64,000 bases of DNA from Octopus sinensis (lineage: Eukaryota), in assembly GCF_006345805.1 (NCBI RefSeq), contig NC_043015.1:53754001-53818000 (forward strand), given 5' to 3'. The notes beneath the pieces were generated by a model. It was not told where the DNA came from. It saw only the letters and a list, made by a program, of their open reading frames with translations, and did not search any database. Below, piece by piece: positions 54,854 through 64,000 of the stretch (position 1 is its first letter; each line of letters begins with the position of its first letter). Both the position numbers and the translations under genes were made by a program.

Positions 54854-56515
54854 TTCCTCGAAGTTGCTGATCTTGTGCCAACATTCGAAGCAGCTGTTGT
54901 CTACAAGGTCCTAAATCCATAGATAATCTCAAAATACAATAATCCCTCGACTATCGCGTGTGTTACGTTCCAAAAAGCCCCGCTCTGTGCCAGACTCTGT
55001 GTCACGCTGAATCTTCCTGAGATTATACACACACACAAGCACGTCAACATATATAGTTAAAGTTCACACATCTACATAACTGTCACATACTAGACACTAA
55101 CATCAGACGACTACCCCTGTCCTGTCTAGCTTATCGGCTGGAAACATTTTTGGTTTCGAATACGACTCTGTGTCACGCTGTGTCACGCTGAATGTCCCTG
55201 AGAACTATGTTAAGGGTACACGTGTCTGTGGTGTGCTCGCCACTTGCACGTTAATTTCACGAGCAGGCTGTTCCGTTTATTGAATCAACTGGAACACTCG
55301 TCGTCGTAACCAATACAGTGCCGTAGTAATGTGGTACTATTAAGTTACACATGGCCTGAGCCAATCTTTGGCCGAAACAGATGTAAGTTACCTAAGTTAT
55401 GCTTATATAAAAAATGCACAAAATTTATCTAAAAACCCGCCGTCAAAAATTCCCTATAAAAAAAGTTGTCAAAAAATGAAATTATTTCCATAAAAAATAA
55501 ATCCATTAAGGGAAGACATGATACACTATCTACAAGCATACCGCAATAAAACGCGTAACGCAAACTGGCAAAGATATCATGATTGACAAGCAAGGACACG
55601 ACAAGCAAATAACGCTGGAGACATCGGTGTGCGGATAATTTATCTTATTAAAAAAAGAAACAGCGCGTGTGTGACATCACCATCACCAACACAAAGCCAC
55701 AATGGCCGTCATCACCACCACCACTGCCGCTGCCGCCCCCTTGACCGTCGCCAGTGTCGTATTGTTAGTTATTAGCCGTCTCCCTTGATAACAGATAATC
55801 ACAAATTATTGATATATCTAATACAAAAGTCTGATTACTGATTAACACACACACACACACGCGCACGACATGCAATATATATATATATTGCGTGCGCGTG
55901 TGTGTGGTGTGTGTCTTTGTCAATAAATACGTACATATTTTGTTGTCGCATCAGTATGTTATTTTATGTATTTATATATAAAAGATATATATATATATAT
56001 GTATGTAGGTACACACACACACACACACACATATATGTATGTATGTATGTATGTGTGTGTGTATGTATGTATGTATGTATGTATGTATGTATGTATGTAT
56101 GTATGTATGAATGTATGTATGTATAAATGAATGTATGTATGTATGTATGTATGCATGTGTATAATGTACTGACTTTTGGCCATTTCCTGTTTTTTTTTCT
56201 TTATATTCTTTTTCTCTTATTCAGATATAATTAGTGAATGATTTTCGTACATATTATTTTCACAAATAGATACATGGAAACAAACACACACATAGATGGA
56301 TAGGTAGATAGAGAGATAGAGAGATGGATTGATATACAATATATATACATATATAAATACCTACATACATAAATATATATATACATACATAAAAACATAA
56401 ATATATGCATACTTACATACATATATATATATATAAATGTATATATATATGTATATATACATTGCCATTTCTTTTCTATGTATTTTGTCTTTGTTTCTTG
56501 TTTTTCTAGTGTACT

Positions 56516-56547
<32 letters not shown>

Positions 56548-57357
56548 TTGTGTGTGTGCGTGTGTTGATGCGGCTGTTAATGCTGTTCTAGCTCTCAATT
56601 AACAGTATACATTCCACGGCTATATTTTCCATATAGGAATACCATATCATCCCTACCGACCAACACTAATCACTACACACACACACACATGTACACACAG
56701 ACTCACACACAGGCAAACACTCACGCACTTACACACACACACACCTACACAAAACACACACCCATGCACACACAACATGTATACTAAATTCTATGCATTT
56801 TCAACCCCACAAACAATCACACACACATACACACACACAAGTGGAGTCGTGTATACAAACACTAACAAACATGGTAATTATTATATTTTCGCAGAATCAC
56901 TCGTATATAATTCGACATACATTCTACGTAATTATGATGCGCCAAATTGCCATGCCTCGGTCTTTATCATTCTAGGTAGACGTAGCAATTTGAACGGGAA
57001 CGCCGTATATATTTTGTCATACGTTTGTTCGCGTGTGTGTGCATGGGTGTGTGTGCGCGTGGGTGTGTGTGCGCGTGGGTGTGCGTTTGTGTGTTTTGTC
57101 TAGTTGTGTGTGTGTTTGTGTGTGTGTTTGTGGTGTGTGTGTGTGTGTGTGCGTGTATGTGTGTGTGTGTGTGCGTGTATGTGTGTGAGTGTGTGTGTGT
57201 GCGTGCCGATAAGCCAACGGAAGAAAACATACTTATTCTTTCATTTTTCTGTTTTCACGTCTGAAACACGTCGAATGAAATGAGAAACAATGAGTACTGG
57301 CGCAATATATATAGATATATATATATAATATATATAATATATATATATATATACTCT

Positions 57358-57762
57358 CTCTCTTTTACTCTTTTACTTGTTTCAGTCATTTGACTGCGGC
57401 CATGCTGGAGCACCGCCTTTTAGTCGAGCAAACTCGACCCCGGGACTCATTCTTTTGTAAGCCCAGTACTTATACTATCGGTCTCTTTTGCCGAAACCGC
57501 TAAGTGACGGGACGTAAACACACAGTGCATCGGTTGTCAAGCAATGCTAGGGGAACAAAAAACACAGACCACTAACACACACCATACATATATATACATA
57601 TATAGACAGGCTTCTTTCAGTTTCCGTCTACCAAATCCACTCACAAGGCATTGGTCGGCCCGGGGCTATAGCAGAAGACACTTGCCCAAGATGCCCGCAG
57701 TGGGACTGAACCCGGAACCATGTGGTGGTTTGCAAGCTACTTACCACACAGCCACCCCTGCG

Positions 57763-57765
<3 letters not shown>
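57358..57765 (-). mobile_element. SINE family B, full length
   Basis: From the ctcttttacttgtttcagtcatttgactgcggcc tail to the cacacagccacccctgcgcc head. Confidence 0.9.
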
Positions 57766-57809
<44 letters not shown>

Positions 57810-58013
57810 TTTATTTATTTATCTTTTACTTTTCGTATGTCTCAATCGTTTCACTGCGGGGCCATCGTGAGGCGAAGTCTTGAAGAAATTTTAGCTGAAT
57901 AAATCGACCCCTAGTATTATTTATGTTTTTTCCTCTGAACCCGAAACCATGTAGCTGGAAATTTCCAACCACATGGTTTCCGGTAGCCTGCGCCTACACT
58001 CACACACACAGAA

Positions 58014-58058
<45 letters not shown>

Positions 58059-58064
58059 TAGAAG

Positions 58065-58098
<34 letters not shown>

Positions 58099-58121
58099 CA
58101 TAGAGATAGATAGATAGATAG

Positions 58122-58189
<68 letters not shown>

Positions 58190-58482
58190 TATCCGTCTTC
58201 ATTTTCTATCTTTCTATGCTGTATATTGTTAACATGGCGAGTGATCCTGTAGTGGGTTGTTTTTTTTCGTTTTAATGGTTCGTGCAATTTATTTTTTACG
58301 TACATACTTAGGGGTGTACTTGCATAAAGTGAATCACTAAGAATTCTTAGTCTAAATTTCAGTGGTAATCCAAAGAAACATCATTAATGTCAATGATAAT
58401 TTTCGCCTCCGTAAAGGGTGACAACTCTGACGTTCAAATTCGTCTACGGAGCGAATGTGATCTGTGGTAAGCATGACGATAA

Positions 58483-58523
58483 CTTTGAGCATATTCCGGT
58501 CATATCAGGCCTCATCAGCGAAG
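58483..58523 (-). ncRNA. Decayed type I hammerhead motif
   Basis: Minus strand CTTCG-CTGATGA-GGCC tgatat GACC-GGAATATGCT-CAAAG. Confidence 0.5.
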
Positions 58524-59066
58524 GATAGCTTTACATCGTAATTATTAATTTATATACGTATTGAAAAAACAATGGATTAAATAAAAATATGTACACACAT
58601 CTACAACGTGTATACAAACGTGGAATTGGTCGAACTATAAGTTTTTCGGAGAAACTTTTGAAAAAAGTTAAAACCACGGATGTTGCTATGAGTGATATAA
58701 TGTTCTCGTCTGCTTCTATTTGTGTCTTCATCATTTATTTGTTTCACTCACCGGCCAGTAGCCTTGCCGGGACCCTCCCTTGACAGGTTTAGTCGTTCAG
58801 TCGAACAAATGGACTTCAGTACTTAGTTGTGGAGCCTGATATATATTCTGTCGTTTGCCGACCCGCTACCTTACGGGAAAATAAACAAACCAGCACCGGG
58901 TGTCATGCGATGGTTATGGACAAAGATACACACAAGCATGCACGCATAAATGTATATATCTGTTTACCTACCTATCTATATATATATCTGTCTGTCTGTC
59001 TGTCTGTCTGTCTGTATATATATGTGTAATGTGTGTCTGTGTTGTCTGTGTATAAATATATGTATG

Positions 59067-59140
<74 letters not shown>

Positions 59141-59379
59141 CTAAAGGCTTCTTTCAGTTTCCATCTACCAAACAAATAGTCTTACAAGTCTTTGGTCGGA
59201 CCGAAACTATAGTAGAAGTCCCTTGCCTAAGATGCCAAGCAGTGGGACTGAACCCGGACCTGTGTGGTTGGGAAGCAATCTCTTACCAATCATCTTTTTT
59301 TCTCGAGAGACAATGGAGTTGCGCATAAACTAATCCAGTCTGGTTTTTATATTTCATGTCCTCTCCAGTTTTGCGCAGG

Positions 59380-59750
59380 CCTGGGCTAGATGTAAGAAAA
59401 TCATGGGTAGCCCAATCATCGGGATTCCTCTCTTGACCTTGCTGATGTAGTCCAAGGGAGAGCAGAGCATTACGTTTGGCACCAGCTTCGTTGCAGGAGC
59501 TGCCGGAAGAGTGTGGAGTCGAACACTAAACCGCCTACGGGACTCCACCCCGGATTTCTTTGAATGTTATCTCCTTTCCTGGATAGGGGCCCATACCGGG
59601 TACTGTCAGCCGGCCGGAGACAGCTGTGACCGGGACTCATATCAGGCAGGGTCGTCACTCCCTGAAGTAGTGAAGAGAATCGCTACCCACTACCTATCGC
59701 TTACCACAGCTGCTATAAATATCGTTATTGGAAGTCTCAACGGGACTGGG
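59380..59750 (-). mobile_element. RTE-like LINE 5'UTR fragment
   Basis: Minus strand cttccggcagctcctgcaacgaagctggtgccaaacgta resembles the conserved RTE 5'UTR motif (recalled). Confidence 0.6.
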
Positions 59751-59755
59751 GATGA

Positions 59756-59960
59756 AGGCCGCGACGTGGCAGAATCGTTAGCAGGCATGGCAAACTGCTT
59801 AGTAGCATTTTGTCCATACTTACGTTCTAAGTTCAGATTCCGCCGAGGTCACTTTTGCCCTTCGTACTTTCAGGGTCGATGAAATAAGTATCAGTTGTAT
59901 ACTGGGGTCGATCTAATCGGCTTAAGCCTCCCTGAAATTGCTGTCCTTGTGACAAAACTT
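59756..59960 (+). mobile_element. SINE family A
   Basis: gtggcagaatcgttagc...aagttcagattccgccgaggtc. Confidence 0.75.
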
Positions 59961-60794
59961 GAAAGCAATGTAGCTGAGAATATTTAAGTTGTTTTTTGCA
60001 AAAAAACAAAAAGAGAATCGGTAAACTGGCAATTTGAAATAACCATTTCCAATTTTGGCACAAGGTCAGCAATATTGTGGGTATTGTTTTGTCAGTTACG
60101 TAGACCCTATTTTGTTGTACAGGCACTATTTTGCAACGACTCCAGCTGGATGAAATGCATATATTGTCCATAGCGGTATTTGAACTAAGAGCATAAACGC
60201 CAGAACATATAACGCAAAACATTTTGTCCGACGCATTAACGATCCCCCGAATCATAACGTAAAGTAATTTAAAACAGTGACACGAGAAACTTACCCAGAG
60301 ATGCCATTCGCACAAAGAATGCATAGTTAAGTTGAAGCTAACACTCAACATAACAAGCTAAACAAAATTATAAATAAAGCCTACACATGCGCATACACAC
60401 TCTACGCCAAACCCTCACAAACAAGCAAAATTGTGTATTTACAACGGCCGTCCATTAATGACTCAGTCAGCAACTGAACAACAACTGGCACCACCAAGAA
60501 TTCTGAAGACTTTCTAAGTAGACACTCGAAATTCTTGTGGTAGCAGAGAAATGTTCTGCAAGAAAATTCATGTTTGATTTATAACTCCATAAATATTAGA
60601 ACAATACTCCCGGGTAATAAAACTAGATTGACAATGGAAAAATAAACAAACTAATAATAATATAATACTAATCATAATAATAATATAATAATATAATAAT
60701 GATGATATGAATGATGATGATGTGATGATGATGATGATAATAATAAAAAATAATAATAATAATAATAATAATGATAATAATAACTATTATTATT

Positions 60795-60829
<35 letters not shown>

Positions 60830-60834
60830 AATCA

Positions 60835-60911
<77 letters not shown>

Positions 60912-61100
60912 GGCTGTGAGCAGGCAGAAACGTTGGCACACCAGGCGAAATTCGTAGTGGTATTTCATCTGTTTTTATGGTCTGAGTTCAAATTTCGCCA
61001 AGGTCGACTTTGCCTTTCATCCTTTCGGGGGTCGATAAATTAAGTGCCAGTTACGTACTGGGGTCGATGTAATTCTGGCCTTGTGCCTAGAGTAGAAAAT
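60912..61100 (+). mobile_element. SINE family A
   Basis: gagcaggcagaaacgttggc...gagttcaaatttcgccaaggtcgactttgcc. Confidence 0.8.
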
Positions 61101-61134
61101 AATATTATTATTATGAATGGTATTATTATTATTA

Positions 61135-61172
<38 letters not shown>

Positions 61173-61175
<3 letters not shown>

Positions 61176-61610
61176 TAGTTTTATTTTTATAGCGTGCTTT
61201 CACTTCACTACCGAGCGCAGCTCTGTGTGCCTTGGGTATGTGCTGTGATTTGTTGTGATGCTCTGATGGTTTTGTATGGAAAGTGTTCTGCGTAGGATGT
61301 GTGCAGTGCCTAGTAGTGCATTTTCTGTATGTTATATGTGTTTGTAAGTCCTGGTGTTTTTGTTATGTATTTGTCTGAATATTTTTTTATCATGCCTAAT
61401 GCACCTACTATGATAGGAATTGTTTCTGTTTTCAGGTTCCACATTCTAGTTACCTCTATTTCCAGGTCTTTGTATTTTGAGAGTTTTCTCCATTTCTTTT
61501 AGAGACACGTTGTCATCTGCCGGTATTGATACATCAATTGAAAGCATTTTTTTTCTTCATGATCTCTGACAACTATATCTGGTCTGTTGGCCTTAATTTC
61601 TATCTGTGTT
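61173..61610 (-). mobile_element. R4/Dong-like LINE 3' end (restriction-like endonuclease) in (TAA)n
   Basis: Minus strand KANRPDIVVRDHEEK...IDVSIPADDNVSLKE...KYKDLEIEVTRMWNLKTETIPIIVGALG...LLGTAHILRRTL (PD-(D/E)xK type). Confidence 0.9.
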
Positions 61611-61671
61611 ATTATATTATTATTAATTTCTCTATCTGTGTTATTATTATTATTATTAATTTCTCTATCTG

Positions 61672-61712
<41 letters not shown>

Positions 61713-61731
61713 TATTATTATTATTATTATT

Positions 61732-61766
<35 letters not shown>

Positions 61767-61988
61767 TATAATTGTTGCTGTTGTTATATGTATGTATGTA
61801 TGTATATATATATATGTGTGTGTGTGTATTTAAAGAGCTAAAAACCACTATGTGGACAGCCATATGCTAGAAGTAGATAACCTACGATCAAACTACAAAG
61901 AAAAGAATGCTCTCTAGAGAAAAATTCAGCGAACACCAGAACAATATGCGGGCAAGACAGATGAAAATTATATAAAAAACAGGAATTA

Positions 61989-62066
61989 ATCGCAAACCGG
62001 TGATTTCGCCTATTAACGAATAAATCACTTACTTAATCCTTCGTCCGTAGGACTCGTCAGTACGAT
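61989..62066 (-). ncRNA. Intact-core type I hammerhead ribozyme, paralogue of 34107-34182
   Basis: Minus strand ATCGTA-CTGACGA-GTC...GGC-GAA-ATC acc GGT-T-TGCGAT. Confidence 0.8.
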
Positions 62067-62150
62067 CGTTCCACAAGCAATATAATTTGAAAATTAACCA
62101 CCAGTTTTGCGTATAAAACAGACACGTGCTTAGTTCCACCGATTATATAT

Positions 62151-62195
<45 letters not shown>

Positions 62196-62209
62196 TATAT
62201 ATATTATAG

Positions 62210-63069
62210 ATCAATAAATGGTGGGGGTTGTGTTGACCGCACGTGGAGAAATGATAAGTAAGGAAAAATTTTTTTTTTAAATGCAGAATGCTCAAATGAA
62301 AGAAAATTTTAATAAAATGAGAAATTGATAAAATATATAATAATATTTATTCAACCGGTTTTCGTCATTGTATGACTTGTCAAGAATATTTATATTTTAA
62401 AAAGTTTTTTTTTTAAATTAGAAAGGGGAAAAAAAAAATTGCATTGTTTTTTGTAAAAGAATAATGATAAAAATGTAACAAAATTAAAAAATTGTTCTCC
62501 GATACATTGTGAGTTCGTTGTGTATCTTGAGTTTTATGGTTGTTCACGAAAAAATTACCTTGAGGTGTTAAGATCCAAAGGGATTAAGAGCATGTGTTGT
62601 GTTGTTTAATTCAGCATGTTGCAGGACAGAAGTAGTAGTATTGTGGTTCTGGTTCTTCATTGTTTTGGTTCCTGTGTTGGGAGTAAGGGGAGACAACTCT
62701 TTGAGTTCTTCAATAAAACCCAAATTATAAAATTATCATTTTAGCTTCATTTGCGTTATCTTTTATATAATTGCTTGTTAACTTACTTTCAGATTTTAAC
62801 ACTTTATTTATATTATTTTCTAATTTATAAATCTGCATAGACATTGCATTTCAAATTGTCAATCATTTATAATAAAAATGATAGTAATAACAACACTAAT
62901 ATAAAATGATATTTAAAGAATATAAGTTTTAGCTTGAAGTGATGAATGCATGTATCTTTATATATTTGTGTTAGTCCATCCATGAAGAGTGAGGTAGAGA
63001 AAGGAGTTTGATCAACGAGGAGTTTGCATATTAAGTTGGTGTTTTGAATTTTTTCAATAAAGAGATTCT

Positions 63070-63071
<2 letters not shown>
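62210..63071 (-). mobile_element. Probable Penelope-like element 3' end: GIY-YIG C-terminal remnant plus pLTR with decayed hammerhead (62348-62388)
   Basis: Minus strand starts ENLFIEK(F)K..QLN (frameshifted); motif TATTC-TTGACAA-GTCA tacaa TGAC-GAAAACCGGTT-GAATA; (TA)n on both sides. Confidence 0.55.
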
Positions 63072-63104
<33 letters not shown>

Positions 63105-63108
<4 letters not shown>

Positions 63109-63595
63109 CTTCAAAAATAAACTTCGTTTGGTCACATACTTGGTCAAACAATGATCTTTTCAACCGACAGCAGCCGACGTCACTAATGTACTGCTGGGCG
63201 TCAGATTTAAAAACGGAGGGACACCTTTCAGTGGGTGTCACGGTCACCCAAACCATAACTGACTGTGGATTTTGATGCCGATTTACGAGTCTACTATTGA
63301 TGAAGGCAGATATACACCAAAGTCGGTCATTTTGGTGGTTTACTCTCTGTTCGATACGATCACCACGTTGGTTAGCGTGACTTCAGCAATAGGACGCAGG
63401 ATAAGACGACATGAAGATTTCGCCGTATCTTTTCTCTAGTACTTCTGATAAGCTGAGGGGTCCGCACATCTTCCTTTTCGGTTACGTCCAGGTCGATCAG
63501 CAGTGGAACCAGTCTCTTGAGATTTCTTGACAATTTTCCAGACTGTTGTTCGGTGAATTTTAAGCTTTTTTGCTATCGCCGTATTACTTTTTTCG
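63105..63595 (-). mobile_element. Tc1/maT-like transposase remnant
   Basis: Minus strand SNTAIAKKLKIHRTTVWKIVKKSQETGSTADRPG and HQNDRLW...RHQNPQSVMVW. Confidence 0.8.
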
Positions 63596-63739
63596 GTCTA
63601 TAACAATTAACTAATTTATAAATATGAATTTATTTAGTCTGAAAACTACTAGGTTTTTATAATGTACAATTTTCATATCATCACATTTATTGATAGTTAT
63701 TAAAACCCGAACTTAAGTAACCTTAATTTCGGCACACCT

Positions 63740-63864
63740 AACGACATGGTTCCGAGTTCAGTCCCACTGCGTGGCACCTTGGGCACGTATCTTCTATTAT
63801 AGCCACGGGCCGAACATACCTTGTGAGTGGATTTGGCAGACGGAAACTGAAATGAGCCAGTCGT
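63740..63864 (+). mobile_element. SINE family B (5' part)
   Basis: catggttccgagttcagtcccactgcgtggcaccttgggc. Confidence 0.8.
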
Positions 63865-63902
63865 ATATGTATATATATATATATATATATAGATATATAT
63901 AT

Positions 63903-63964
<62 letters not shown>

Positions 63965-64000
63965 AATACATATATATATACGTATATATAGCTAGCTAGA

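Noticed and set aside
59680-59770. HDV-like ribozyme at the RTE 5' end
   Set aside because: Only a partial P3/L3-like trace; P1 could not be built and a SINE abuts the region
63295-63335. ttgatgaagg...ccaaagtcggtc as a hammerhead
   Set aside because: No closing helix I, and the sequence is explained as the minus-strand transposase remnant (HQNDRLW)

Overview
Gene-poor, AT-rich eukaryotic DNA saturated with microsatellites ((TA)n, (CA)n, (GATA)n, (TAA)n, (TAG)n, (CAT)n, (GAA)n) and transposon debris. The SINE families and microsatellite load resemble cephalopod (Octopus-like) genomes; this is recalled, not searched. I found no credible host protein-coding gene, and almost all supplied ORFs are microsatellite read-throughs. 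Recognisable elements: several tRNA-derived SINE families, Tx1/L1-like LINE 3' ends, R4/Dong-like LINE 3' ends, RTE fragments, mariner/Tc1/maT remnants and a non-autonomous Helitron. The main hidden signal is about 17 type I hammerhead-ribozyme-like motifs on both strands, four with intact or near-intact cores and closing helices. They sit in short non-coding cassettes mostly embedded in (TA)n-rich tracts, several arranged as inverted repeats. Alongside them are a ~830-bp x ~3.3 concatemer inserted in (TA)n and a probable GIY-YIG C-terminal remnant. Together these suggest a family of Penelope-like/retrozyme-type ribozyme-bearing retroelements. All folds were made by eye and element boundaries are approximate.
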